64,000 bases of DNA from Myxococcota bacterium (GCA_036336835.1 JAYZFK010000082.1:1-64000); one strand, 5' to 3'; counted from the first letter of the stretch, positions 51,468 to 61,498 are shown. Translations and numbers: made by a program. Notes: a model not told the origin generated them from the letters alone.

Positions 51468-51925
51468 CGGCGGGCGTGCTCCGCACCCTGATCGAGCGGC
51501 AGCGTCAGGACGACCCGGCCGGTCGCGTGATCCCCGAGCTGGTTGGCAGCGCGAATCTCGACCTCGACGACGATCTCCTCCCCCTCCTGACCGCTGCGAA
51601 CGACCTGACCGCTGAAGCGCAGGATCTGGTCGGGCAGCGCCGGAGCGCCCAATCGTATCGAGATGCTGCGCAACATCGCCTCGGATCCGGCCCAGTCGGT
51701 GACGAACCGCGCCACGTAGCCGTTGGTGGTGAGGATGTTCATGAAGACGTCCGGCGCGCCCTGTGCTGCGGCGAAGTCGCGGTCGTGGTGCGCGGGCATG
51801 AAGTCTCGCGAGGCGATCGCTCCGGCGACGATCACGGTCGCGGTGACCGGCAGATCGAACGGCGGCAGCTCGTCGCCGACGGCGATCGTTAGAGCCCGGT
51901 GCGCACCGTCGAATGGCCCGGTCAT
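51464..51925 (-). CDS. MaoC-like enoyl-CoA hydratase catalytic subunit (ChsH1-like)
   Basis: VGDELPP...IVAGAIASRDFMPAHHDRDFA..QG.PDVFMNILTTNG.V.RFVTDWAG resembles actinobacterial ChsH1; start ATG 51925. Confidence 0.8.
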   Translation of the reverse strand: MTGPFDGAHRALTIAVGDELPPFDLPVTATVIVAGAIASRDFMPAHHDRDFAAAQGAPDVFMNILTTNGYVARFVTDWAGSEAMLRSISIRLGAPALPDQILRFSGQVVRSGQEGEEIVVEVEIRAANQLGDHATGRVVLTLPLDQGAEHARR

Positions 51926-52500
51926 GCGCTCGCTCCGACCCCGCCCGGCTGAACCGCCGGCGCGAACTTGAGGATGCGGAAGCGCTGGCGGCCGACGACC
52001 TCTGCGTGCTGGTCGGTGTAGGTCGTCAGCCAGGTCACGAAGTAGCCAAGGCCGAGCGCGGTCGTCTTGCGCGCCGAGATCGACTCCAGCACGGTGGACG
52101 ACTGGACGCGGTCGCCCGGACGCAGGTAGCGCACGAACTCGAGCTCGGAGTTCGTGGCCAGCGTGCCGGTGTAGCCGGCCTCGGCAAGCTTGCGAAACGG
52201 ACTGTCGGGGTCGATCTCGCCCGACGAGCCGCCCCGCTCGGCGATGCCCTCGATCCGCGGGCGCGCCATCGTCCACGTCTGGAGCATCGCCGGCGGCGCG
52301 ACGATTCCGCCGAACCGGCTGTTCGCAGCGCGCGACGCATCGAGGTACACGGGGTTGCGGTCATCGAGCGCGTCGACCCAGTGCCGGATCATCGGCAGGT
52401 TGACCTCGTCGGGCGCCACCGACGGTCCCGAAGCGCTCATCGGCTTTCCGATCCAGATTTCGAGTCCGGCTCGCAGCGAATCCGATTCAGCGTCTGACAT
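51922..52500 (-). CDS. MaoC-like hydratase partner subunit (ChsH2 N-terminal-like, no DUF35)
   Basis: APDEVNLPMIRHWVDALDDRNPVY...GIVAPPAMLQTWTM...ATNSELEFVRYLRPGD...KTTALGLGYFVT...FRILKFAP. Confidence 0.8.
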   Translation of the reverse strand: MSDAESDSLRAGLEIWIGKPMSASGPSVAPDEVNLPMIRHWVDALDDRNPVYLDASRAANSRFGGIVAPPAMLQTWTMARPRIEGIAERGGSSGEIDPDSPFRKLAEAGYTGTLATNSELEFVRYLRPGDRVQSSTVLESISARKTTALGLGYFVTWLTTYTDQHAEVVGRQRFRILKFAPAVQPGGVGASA

Positions 52501-52750
52501 CGAGGCCTCCTCGAGCGCCCCCGCCCGGTACGCGGGTGACGCCACTCTACCCCGCGACGGCGCGGGCAGCGCTCGTGGTACCGTTGCCCTCCCATGTCGG
52601 TTCGACTCGTGGCAATCCTAGTTGGTGCCAATTCGACCGTTGCCACCAGGGCCGGATTCGTGCCGCGCCCGGCCGCTGGCAAGCTTGCAACCCGGACGCC
52701 GGGCACCCGGGGCTGGTCTGCCTCCCACCGCTCCGCCCAAGGAGATCTCC

Positions 52751-54394
52751 GTGGCACATGACCTGGTGATTCGGGGCGGAACCTTGTACGACGGAACCGG
52801 TCGAGCCGGCAAGAGCGGGGATCTCGCCATCGACGGCGAGCGGATCTCCCAGCTCGGCGGCCGCGCGGCCGCCGGCACACGCGAGATCGACGCCACTGGG
52901 CTCGCCGTGGCACCTGGCTTCATCGACCCCCACACGCACTACGACGCGCAGATCTGCTGGGATCCGAACCTCACTCCTTCCTGCTGGCAGGGCATCACGA
53001 GCGTGGTGATGGGCAACTGCGGCTTTACGGTGGCGCCCTGTCGTCCAGACGATCGCGAGCGCATCATGCGCATGCTGACGCGAGTGGAGGGGATGAGCCT
53101 CCCGGCCCTGCGGGAGGGCATCGACTGGACCTGGGAGCGATTTCCCGAGTACCTCGATGCCATCGAGGTCGGCTCTCCGGGCCTGAATGTGGGCGTGCTG
53201 GCCGGCCACTCGGCCATCCGTTACTTCGTGATGGGAGACGCCGCAACCGAGCGGGAAGCGACGCCCGCGGAGATCGAGGCCATGCGCGGCCAGGTGCGTG
53301 AGGCCATGGAGGCGGGCGCGCTGGGCTTCTCGACGTCGATGGCGCCGACCCACATTGGCGGCGACGGCAAGCCGGTGCCGAGTCGCCTCGCGAGCGACGA
53401 CGAGGTCCTCGAGCTAACCCAGGTGCTCGCCGAATACGGCCGCGGCGCCTTCGAGATCGTGACGCGGAACCTCGTCGACGTCGACGTGCCCATCGCTGTC
53501 GCGAAGCAGACTGGTCGCCCCGTCACGATGCTGGGCATCGTGCGTGACGAGGAGCGCGTGAAGCTCGATCGTGCACTCGCCGAGGGACACCGCGTCATCG
53601 TCCAGACGACCTGCCGACCGACCAGCATGGAGTTTCGGCTGGACGAGATGGGCTTGTTCGACCAGCTGCCCAGCTGGCAGGAAACCGCCGCGCACAAGGG
53701 AGAACCGCTGCGCGCGCTGCTGCGGGACGTCGCGTTCCGGGTGCGCTTCCGCCGCGATGTAGAGGGCGAGTTCGAGGGCTTCCGCCTGTTCAAGGGCGAC
53801 TGGGATGGGGTCTCGGTCCTGACGGCCGACGAGCCCGCGCTGAGCAAGTACATCGGCTCGACCGTCGGCGAGATCGCGAAGGCCCGGGGGCAGGACCCGC
53901 TCGAGACCTTCTTCGATGTGGCGCTCGAGGACGACCTCGCCATGCAGTTTGGCTACACGCTCTCAGGCGACGAGGGCCGCGGCCCTGGCCTGCTCGACGA
54001 CAACCAGATGATCGGGCTGTCGGACGCCGGGGCGCACCTCACGTTGCTCGCCGACCACGCCTATCCCACCTACTTCCTGGGCCGCTGGGTCCGCGAGCGC
54101 GGTCTGATGCCCCTCGAGCAGGCGGTGCGCAAGCTCACCCAGGTGCCGGCCCAGTTCTTCGGGATTCCCGAGCGCGGTGAGCTGCGCGAGGGCTGGTACG
54201 CCGACCTGGTGCTCTTCGACCCCGAGCGGATCCTGCCGCACGAGCCCGAGCTGGTGAGCGATCTCCCGGGCGGCAGTCGGCGTCTGGTGACACGAGCCGA
54301 TGGCATCGAGGCCGTCGTCGTCAACGGCGGCGTGGCAGTCGAGGCGGGCGAGCTCACCGGGGAGCGGCGCGGACACGTGATCCGCGGCGCCTGA
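52751..54394 (+). CDS. Amidohydrolase, N-acyl-D-amino-acid deacylase-like
   Basis: AGGAG RBS; DLVIRGGTLYDGTG, APGFIDPHTHYD, VVMGNCGF, GALGFSTS, SDAGAH, RGELREGWYADLVLFDP. Confidence 0.85.
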   Translation: MAHDLVIRGGTLYDGTGRAGKSGDLAIDGERISQLGGRAAAGTREIDATGLAVAPGFIDPHTHYDAQICWDPNLTPSCWQGITSVVMGNCGFTVAPCRPDDRERIMRMLTRVEGMSLPALREGIDWTWERFPEYLDAIEVGSPGLNVGVLAGHSAIRYFVMGDAATEREATPAEIEAMRGQVREAMEAGALGFSTSMAPTHIGGDGKPVPSRLASDDEVLELTQVLAEYGRGAFEIVTRNLVDVDVPIAVAKQTGRPVTMLGIVRDEERVKLDRALAEGHRVIVQTTCRPTSMEFRLDEMGLFDQLPSWQETAAHKGEPLRALLRDVAFRVRFRRDVEGEFEGFRLFKGDWDGVSVLTADEPALSKYIGSTVGEIAKARGQDPLETFFDVALEDDLAMQFGYTLSGDEGRGPGLLDDNQMIGLSDAGAHLTLLADHAYPTYFLGRWVRERGLMPLEQAVRKLTQVPAQFFGIPERGELREGWYADLVLFDPERILPHEPELVSDLPGGSRRLVTRADGIEAVVVNGGVAVEAGELTGERRGHVIRGA

Positions 54395-54608
54395 ACTCGC
54401 ATCGAGCAGACCATGGCTAGCCGACTCCGGCCCTGCTCCGCATGAGACACGTTCGTGACACGATCGCGGGCTGGAGCCTCGGACTGAACGAGGGTCTTCC
54501 GCAGCCCCGCTGGTGGCTCTCGCTTGGCCCGCGCGTGGCCCACTTCGCCGGCATCGCACGCCCGACGCGGCTCGCGCGCGGGGCGCGTGGACTCGGGCCG
54601 ATCGAGTG

Positions 54609-55634
54609 ATGCGCCGCATCCTGGTGACCGGCGCCAGCGGCCTGATCGGCTGCCACACGACCGCCACCCTGGTCCGCGAGGGCTTCGCAGTGCGAGCCCT
54701 GCTGCGCGATCCGGCGAAGCTCGAGACCGTGCTGAAGCCGTTCGCGCTCGCTCCGGGCACAATCGAGGTGCAGCGGGGCGATGTCACGCAGCGCGACAGC
54801 GTCGCACCGGCGATGGTCGGGTGTGATGCCGTCATCCACTGTGCCGGGCGGTTCTCACATGACCTGTCGGAGGCGGACGCACTGCGCGCGGTCAACGTGC
54901 AGGGCACCGAGAACGTGTTGCGCGCGGCCGTCGATGCACGACTCGACCCGGTGATCCACATCTCGAGCCTGTTGGCGTTGCTGCCGCCGCGCGGCCCGAA
55001 GCTGACGGCCAACGACCCGATCGGAACCGCACGTTCGATGTACTCGCAGACCAAGGCCGACTCGGATCGAATCGCCCGCCAGCTCCAGGACGACGGCGCA
55101 CCAGTTGCGATCGTCTATCCAGGCTCCGTCCAGGGTCCCCACGATCCGACGGTTGGCAGCGGTCCCGCGTTGTTCGCCGGCTACCTCGAGAGCGGCCGGG
55201 TCCTGGTCACGCGCGGCGGGCTCGCATACACCGATGTGCGCGACCTGGCCCGCTTGCTCGCACGACTCCTGGACCCGGGGCGGGGCCCGCGCCGCATCAT
55301 GGCTCCGGCGGACTTCGTCGAGCACGATCGCTTTCACGACCTGCTGTGCGAACTCACAGGGCGTGCCTTGAAGGCCGACCGGGTGCCCGCCTGGCTGCTC
55401 GGGGGACTCGGAGCGCTCGGCGATCTGCGCCAGCGCCTCACCGGGCGTCCCGCGGCGCTCACCTCGGAGGCGGCCTTCGTGCTGACCCGCAGCGTTCCAT
55501 TCGACGACGCGGAGGCTCGTGCACTGCTCGACGCACCGCCTCACGACGCGCGGCGATCCTTTCACGACCTGCTCCGCTGGATGTTCCAGGCGGGCGTGCT
55601 GAACGCCTCGCAGGTCGGCCGATTGGCCGACTAG
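54609..55634 (+). CDS. Extended SDR, NAD-dependent epimerase/dehydratase (3-beta-HSD/DFR-like)
   Basis: ILVTGASGLIG, GDVT, VIHCAG, VNVQGT, HISS, YSQTK. Confidence 0.85.
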   Translation: MRRILVTGASGLIGCHTTATLVREGFAVRALLRDPAKLETVLKPFALAPGTIEVQRGDVTQRDSVAPAMVGCDAVIHCAGRFSHDLSEADALRAVNVQGTENVLRAAVDARLDPVIHISSLLALLPPRGPKLTANDPIGTARSMYSQTKADSDRIARQLQDDGAPVAIVYPGSVQGPHDPTVGSGPALFAGYLESGRVLVTRGGLAYTDVRDLARLLARLLDPGRGPRRIMAPADFVEHDRFHDLLCELTGRALKADRVPAWLLGGLGALGDLRQRLTGRPAALTSEAAFVLTRSVPFDDAEARALLDAPPHDARRSFHDLLRWMFQAGVLNASQVGRLAD

Positions 55635-55670
55635 CCGACGGCCGACCGAGCGAATCGACGACGAGCCAGG

Positions 55671-56879
55671 CTACACGCCTCCGCCCGCTGGAAACTCGAT
55701 GGGCAGGGACGTGTAGCCGCGAATGAACTCCGTGCGATCGCGCTTCGCGGCCGCCTCGTCCACCTGGTAGTCCGGGATCCGGCGCAGCAGCTCTTCGAGC
55801 AGGATGCGTCCTTCCAGCTCGGCGAAGTTCGCGCCGAGGCAGCGGTGCACACCGTGGCCGAACGAGAGGATGCGCGGCGAACTCCTGTGGATGTCGAAGC
55901 GGTCGGGATCCTCGAACTCGCGTTCGTCCCGATTGGCCGAGGGATAGAGGAACATGACGGACTGGCCGGGCTCCAGGGTCTTGCCGCCGATCTCCACCTG
56001 CCTGGAGACGGAGCGCATCAAGAACTGGGTCGGCATGTCGTAGCGCAGGCACTCGCGGAGTCCCTGCGCAATGAGCGAAGGATCGGCGACCAGCTCGGCG
56101 CGCTGATCGGGATGCTGCGCCAGGCGCAGCACCGAGGTCGCGAAGACCTTCGGAAAGGTCTCGGTGGCACCCACCAGCAACAGGATCAGGTGCTGGCCGA
56201 TCAGCTCGTCGCTCAGCAGCTCGCCGTCGACCTTCGCGCGCAGGAAGACGTCGATCGGCGACTCGGCCGGGCCGGTGTAGGAGCGGCGCGCCTTCGCGAT
56301 GCCCTCGAGGTATCCGATCATCTCCTCGAAGGCGGACACACCCGTCTGCGTCATGCCTACTGTGCCCTCCTCCCGAGAGAGGAAGCGCTTCACGAGATCG
56401 ACGACGTAACCGGCGTCCTCCTCGGGAAAGCCGACGGCGATGTTCGCCACACGCACGGCGACAATCTGGCCCAGCTGGCCAATCGCGTCGCCCTGCCCTT
56501 CGTCGATGAAGGAATCGATGCATTCTGTGACGAACCCGCGGATCGTCGCCTCGAGCGAGCGCACACGCCGGGGCATGAAGTAGGGCGCAACGGCTGCGCG
56601 CAGCTTCGTCTGACTGGGCGGATCCATGTGATTGAGGTTGGGCAGTGGTGGAATCGTCTTGGTGAGCAGATACTGCGGTGAGCTCCCCTGCTCCACTGTG
56701 TAGTGCCCGTTGTCCATCGATGCGTTCCAGATGTCGTCGAAACGGGCCAGGGCCCAGGCATCCCACTTCTCGAGATAGTGGACCGGCGACTCGGCACGCA
56801 GCGCTCGGTAGAAGGGATACGGATCGTCCAGCACCGCATCCGCGTACGGGTCGTACTCCGCCACGTCGACCGCAGTCAT
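55671..56879 (-). CDS. Cytochrome P450
   Basis: DPYPFYRALR, MDPP, I-helix GATET, ECLR (ExxR), SANRDER, heme ligand FGHGVHRCLG. Confidence 0.94.
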   Translation of the reverse strand: MTAVDVAEYDPYADAVLDDPYPFYRALRAESPVHYLEKWDAWALARFDDIWNASMDNGHYTVEQGSSPQYLLTKTIPPLPNLNHMDPPSQTKLRAAVAPYFMPRRVRSLEATIRGFVTECIDSFIDEGQGDAIGQLGQIVAVRVANIAVGFPEEDAGYVVDLVKRFLSREEGTVGMTQTGVSAFEEMIGYLEGIAKARRSYTGPAESPIDVFLRAKVDGELLSDELIGQHLILLLVGATETFPKVFATSVLRLAQHPDQRAELVADPSLIAQGLRECLRYDMPTQFLMRSVSRQVEIGGKTLEPGQSVMFLYPSANRDEREFEDPDRFDIHRSSPRILSFGHGVHRCLGANFAELEGRILLEELLRRIPDYQVDEAAAKRDRTEFIRGYTSLPIEFPAGGGV

Positions 56880-56992
56880 CGCCACTCCTGTCGGGCTCTC
56901 TCGCCTCAACCCTACTGCAGGCAGCGCTCGTCTACAGCATCGACGTCGCGCGTGCTCTCCTATTACAACGTGGCACGCAGCATGCGTCGTGG

Positions 56993-58228
56993 TCAGTCCC
57001 CCGGCCCGAGCTTGGCCAACGCCCGGTAGGCCGCGTCGCGCAGCGCCTTCTCGCGCGGGTCGTCGACCAGGTAGACTCCCATCTTGTTCATCACGTAGCC
57101 CATCCCGAGTCGAGCGTCTGGATCCGCAAAGCCGAACGATCCGCCGGCCCCGGGTGTCCCGAAGGCGCGCGGACTCGAGGCGAAGTCATACACCGGGCTC
57201 GGCTTCATGAAGCCGAGAGAGAAGACGGTCTCGGCGCGCAGGACGAGGTCGTCGAGCCCCCCGCTCGGGTACACGGCATCCGCCATCAAGCTGTCGAGCG
57301 TCTCCTTGCGAAGTCCCAGCTCGCTGCCTCCACACGCGAAAGCACTGTAGAGCCTCGCAATGCTTCGCGCGTCACCGATACCGTTCACCGAGGGGATCTC
57401 GACCGCGCGCAGTGCCGGCGACCGGTTGAAGTCCACCCGGCCTCGCATCCGGGGATTGGCGAAGGCACGGCCAGTCAACGACCACGGGTTCAGCATCCCG
57501 AGCAGCATCTTCGGCGGAAGCGTGTTCGGCGCGCCCCACTTGAGGAGGGCGCGCGCGATACTCAGCGGATGAATCCGAGCGATACGCGACTCGGGAAACG
57601 TCGCGGGCAGGCCGATGTGGAAATCGAGACCGAGCGGCTCAGCCAGCTCTTCGCGGAAGAAACGCCCCAGGCTGCGGTGCTGCGGGTCGACGCGTCGCAG
57701 CAGCTCGCCCTGAAACCAGCCCAGGCTGATCGCGTGGTAACCGTGGCGCGAGCCGGGCTCCCAGGCCGGCTTCTGCCGCGCCAGGATCTCGGCCAGCCGG
57801 TCGAGATCGCCGAGAATCTCTGCGTCGAGCGGCTCGTCGACTGCACAGAGCCCGGCCTGGTGCGCGCACAGCTGGCGCACCGTGATGTCCTGCTTGCCCA
57901 CCTGCGCGAACTCGGGCCAGTAGCGTGCGACGGGCGCGTCCCAGTCCAGAAGCTGGCGCGAGTGTGCGAGCGCCAGCGCGGTGGCGCTGACTCCCTTGGT
58001 GGTCGAGAACACCGTCGTGACCGTGTCCTGCTGCCAGGGACGGGTCCGTTGCTTGTCGAGATGCCCGCCCCAGAGATCGACGACCAGGCGCCCGCGGTGA
58101 TAGACGGCAAATGCCGCACCGAACTCGCCGCGGTCGGCGAGATTTCTCTCGAACTCGTAGCGGACGCCTTCGAATCCGGACTCGGTCGTGCCGTGGACAA
58201 CCCTCGCCGTGACGTCCGATCGCGTCAT
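56993..58228 (-). CDS. Serine hydrolase, beta-lactamase-like family VIII esterase
   Basis: VVDLWGG, FSTTK (SxxK), YWPEF..GKQDITVRQL..HQAGL, WEPG..HGYHA, FG.PGAGGS.GFADP. Confidence 0.88.
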   Translation of the reverse strand: MTRSDVTARVVHGTTESGFEGVRYEFERNLADRGEFGAAFAVYHRGRLVVDLWGGHLDKQRTRPWQQDTVTTVFSTTKGVSATALALAHSRQLLDWDAPVARYWPEFAQVGKQDITVRQLCAHQAGLCAVDEPLDAEILGDLDRLAEILARQKPAWEPGSRHGYHAISLGWFQGELLRRVDPQHRSLGRFFREELAEPLGLDFHIGLPATFPESRIARIHPLSIARALLKWGAPNTLPPKMLLGMLNPWSLTGRAFANPRMRGRVDFNRSPALRAVEIPSVNGIGDARSIARLYSAFACGGSELGLRKETLDSLMADAVYPSGGLDDLVLRAETVFSLGFMKPSPVYDFASSPRAFGTPGAGGSFGFADPDARLGMGYVMNKMGVYLVDDPREKALRDAAYRALAKLGPGD

Positions 58229-58255
58229 TGCCGCATGCTACCCGATAGAGTCCCA

Positions 58256-59914
58256 CTACTCTCTTGACCGCCTGCCTTCGTCTGCCCGCCGCGGCTCCAG
58301 CAACTCTCGGTACGCCCGCCAGTCGACACGTGCTGTCGCGATCCCGGGCTCGAGCTGCCAGTCCCTCACGACCCTGGGCCCTGCAGTGCGTTCGAGGGCC
58401 GCATAGCCGCTCACATTCCAGCCGCCGACGAGCAACCCGCCATTGCGTCTGTCCTGGATGCGAAGGTGGGGCAGTGCCCGCTGGGCGCGCTCCAGGAATT
58501 CTGCCAGGTGGCCTCGGGCGAACGGGCGTCGAGCGCCAACGCGAAGGGTCCATGCGCGGCTCACGACCACGTCTGCACGGCCCCAGCGAAAGCCCGCGAG
58601 CACCGCGCCCTGCCCGTGGCGATCGGGCGAGCTGAGGTCGTGGAAGAGCGGTGCGAGGAAACGGAACGTCTGCCGGTCGATCACGATCAGCATCGGTTCG
58701 CGGGTCCACGGCTCGATCTCGGCGATCCGGGCGCGGACGCCGGCTGCGCTGGTGACGTGCTCGGTCAGACTGCGGGTTTCCAGTGCGTCGGCGGCCGTCC
58801 ACGCACGCGGCCCAGCGGGCCAGGCGACGGCAACGCCCACGAGCGCGGCGGCGACAACGCCGTAGTGCCAGCCTCGATCCCAGATCAGCCCGAGCGGCGC
58901 TGCCAGCACGGGCACTGTGAAGGTCGCCAGATAGGCGCTGTGGCGGGTGCTGCCAAGCGGGAGGATCTGAAGCAGGGCAGCGGCGGCTGCAGTGGCAACG
59001 ACTCCCGACGCGAGCAGGGCGAACCGGAATCGCCGTTGGGCGAGCAGCATGCCGAGACCGAGCAAGAAGAGCATGACGGCCGGAGCCTCGAACGGCTGGC
59101 CGAACAGGTAGCGCTGCACCCCGATGAAGCCGAGCCAGGCCTCGAAGGCGCTCTCGTGCATGAAGGGTCGGAGCCAGCCGCGTTGGGCTTCGCCCTGGAG
59201 GAAGCCACCGAGCAGGTGAGGCCGCAGATGCAGCTGATACGCGAGAACGACGATACCTAGCAGGACGCCCTGCGCCGCGCACCGCTGCAGCAGCTCGCGA
59301 CGCGGCCGACGCGTGGCGAGCGCCTCGCCAACCAGCAGGCTGGCGAATGCCGGGAGCGAAACGAATGCGGCGTAGTGCGTGGACATGGCGAGCGCAAGCA
59401 GCGCAGTGTGCGCCACCAGATCGCGGAGCCGGCCCGTTCGCAAGTGTCGCAATCCAAGCCACGCCGCACTCGTGAGCAGTACGGTCAGCAGCGCGTACGG
59501 CCGCATCACCTGTGACAACATGATTGCGCCGGGGGAAACTGCGAGCAGGGCGCCTGCGACCAGCCCGGTTCTCCAGCCGGCGGCCTCGTGTCCGAGTCGA
59601 ATCATCGCGTAGACCGCGAGCGTTCCGGCGACGAGGCTTGATGCGCGCAGTACCGCGAAATCGCTGCTCAGTGCAGCGAGTGCCCGAAGCAGCAGGTACT
59701 GCAGAGGGGGATGGGCGTTGCTCACGACTCCGTCGAAGAAGTGAGTCCACGATCGGCCCATTGCGAGCTGGTAGTAGATTCCCTCGTCGGGGTTGAGCCA
59801 GGGATCCAGGAAACCGCGCGCGCGCAACAGGAAGCCTACCGCGACGACACCGACAGCGATCGCGCCGGCATAGCGCGGCAGGACGCCTATCGTTTTCTCG
59901 TGGGGGCGCGTCAC
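58256..59914 (-). CDS. GT-C fold membrane glycosyltransferase (ArnT/PMT, GT39/83-like)
   Basis: WLNPDEGIY, HPPLQYLLL, LRASS, SQVMRPY, THY and many TM segments; start uncertain. Confidence 0.78.
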   Translation of the reverse strand: MTRPHEKTIGVLPRYAGAIAVGVVAVGFLLRARGFLDPWLNPDEGIYYQLAMGRSWTHFFDGVVSNAHPPLQYLLLRALAALSSDFAVLRASSLVAGTLAVYAMIRLGHEAAGWRTGLVAGALLAVSPGAIMLSQVMRPYALLTVLLTSAAWLGLRHLRTGRLRDLVAHTALLALAMSTHYAAFVSLPAFASLLVGEALATRRPRRELLQRCAAQGVLLGIVVLAYQLHLRPHLLGGFLQGEAQRGWLRPFMHESAFEAWLGFIGVQRYLFGQPFEAPAVMLFLLGLGMLLAQRRFRFALLASGVVATAAAAALLQILPLGSTRHSAYLATFTVPVLAAPLGLIWDRGWHYGVVAAALVGVAVAWPAGPRAWTAADALETRSLTEHVTSAAGVRARIAEIEPWTREPMLIVIDRQTFRFLAPLFHDLSSPDRHGQGAVLAGFRWGRADVVVSRAWTLRVGARRPFARGHLAEFLERAQRALPHLRIQDRRNGGLLVGGWNVSGYAALERTAGPRVVRDWQLEPGIATARVDWRAYRELLEPRRADEGRRSRE

Positions 59915-60301
59915 CAGCGGGTCCGCGTCAGCCGGCTGCCCGGGACACACTGCCCCGATCGTCGTCGCTCGAGTGTGCGACCGTCAGCACCTGAGCACGA
60001 AGATCTTCAGGTTCGTCCACAGATCTCGACCGATCGACAAGCATGAGACGTCAGCCGCAAGTGGGCTTCGCGACCAATGGTTTTCTGGCGAGTTCGCACG
60101 GCAGTCTACCGGACCTCTCGGGAACCCCCGACGCACACGAAAGCAGAGCGGACCGGAGAGTCTACGAGGTGTCGGGTCGATCGGACCAGCGCACCCGCCG
60201 GAAGGGGTCACGGTCTTCTCTTCGACTTGTCGGTGCCCGGAATTCGTGGGATCGTGTCCTGGAAGACGCACTCGCGCCGCGGCGAGGAAGGGGATCGACC
60301 C

Positions 60302-60463
60302 ATGCTGACAACGAGCTCGGTCCACGGGCTCGATGCTGTGGTCATATGCGCAGCTTCTTCGGGCCTCTTCTTCCTGTCGTACCGCTTGCACGCTCTCGCA
60401 GCGCGCGTCCACCGGGCCGGATCCGCCAGACGCGGGCGGCGAGGCTTCGAGCCGAGCGCTTGA
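60302..60463 (+). CDS. Possible small membrane protein (53 aa)
   Basis: Purine-rich RBS GAGGAAGGGG; MLTTSSVHGLDAVVICAASSGLFFLSYRLHALAARVHR with a basic tail. Confidence 0.35.
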   Translation: MLTTSSVHGLDAVVICAASSGLFFLSYRLHALAARVHRAGSARRGRRGFEPSA

Positions 60464-60481
60464 CATTGGACATCCCTTGCA

Positions 60482-61252
60482 ATGGGCGGGGCTGACCTGC
60501 GCTTCAGCGGCCGCTCGGCGCTCGTCACCGGCGGGGCGGGCGCAGGGCTCGGCTTCTCGATCGCCCGGCGCCTGGCGTCCGAGGGCGCACGGGTCGCGAT
60601 CGTCGATCGCCACGAGCGGCGAACAACCGAGGCAGTCGACCGCCTGGGCTCGGAATTCGGCGGTGCGGCAGCAGCGGGGTTCGTACTCGATGTGGCCGAT
60701 CGCGAGGTGGTCGCCCAGCGGTGGCCGGAGATTGCGCGCTTCCTCGGTACGATCGACGTGTTGGTCAACAACGCCGCGACCAATGCTCTCGGGCCCCCGT
60801 CCGAGCTGACCGACTCGGACTGGGACCGGGTCCTTGCGCTGAACCTGACAGCCTGCTTCACACTGATTCGGGCGGCGCTTCCCGGAATGCAGGAGCGCGG
60901 CCGGGGCGCGATCGTCAACGTCAGCTCGATCGCCGCGTTCGGCCACGGGGCCGGCAACAACGCTCCCTACGCCGCAAGCAAGGCTGGGCTCAATGCGCTG
61001 ACACGCAGCGTGGCCGTTGCTGCAGGGCCCTACGGGGTGCGCTGCAACGCGGTCGCACCGGGCCTGATGGAGGGACCGTTCCTCGCTGGCCGTCGCGACC
61101 AGTTCCAGGACCAGCTCGAGCGCACCCCGCTGCGGCGCTTCGCCGAGCCCGGAGACGTGGCAGCCGTGATCGCGTTCCTCGCCTCGGACGACGCCCGCCA
61201 CGTTACCGGCGAGGTCGTGAACGTGAGCGGGGGGGTCTCCCTGCGGCCTTGA
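60482..61252 (+). CDS. Classical short-chain dehydrogenase/reductase (FabG-like)
   Basis: ALVTGGAGAGLG, LVNNAA, IVNVSS, YAASK, NAVAPG, VTGEVVNVSGG. Confidence 0.92.
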   Translation: MGGADLRFSGRSALVTGGAGAGLGFSIARRLASEGARVAIVDRHERRTTEAVDRLGSEFGGAAAAGFVLDVADREVVAQRWPEIARFLGTIDVLVNNAATNALGPPSELTDSDWDRVLALNLTACFTLIRAALPGMQERGRGAIVNVSSIAAFGHGAGNNAPYAASKAGLNALTRSVAVAAGPYGVRCNAVAPGLMEGPFLAGRRDQFQDQLERTPLRRFAEPGDVAAVIAFLASDDARHVTGEVVNVSGGVSLRP

Positions 61253-61498
61253 GCGCTCCCGGCGCGAGCCGCTCCGCCCAACCGATCACCTACCTGCCGA
61301 GCCGGGCCGCGCTGAGCGGCTCGGCTGGTGTGTCGGAACTCGCTTTGCGGGTCCTCGGGCTCCAGCGACCCCGCCGACTGGCCGATAGGTCCAATCGGGC
61401 GGAGCGCCGGGCCTCGTCCCGGCGAAACCGGGCCGCACGGCTGCAATGCCATTGACCCTGATCCGTTGGGCCTGGACGGCCCATCACTCGAGGAAACC

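Noticed and set aside
56971..56986. sigma54-like TGGCACGCAGCATGC
   Set aside because: It is on the plus strand and points into the 3' end of a minus-strand gene, the wrong orientation for the P450; the -12 element is imperfect
56993..58228. Antibiotic-resistance beta-lactamase
   Set aside because: No signal peptide; the VDLWGG/WEPG/GYHA pattern and the context fit family VIII esterases rather than AmpC
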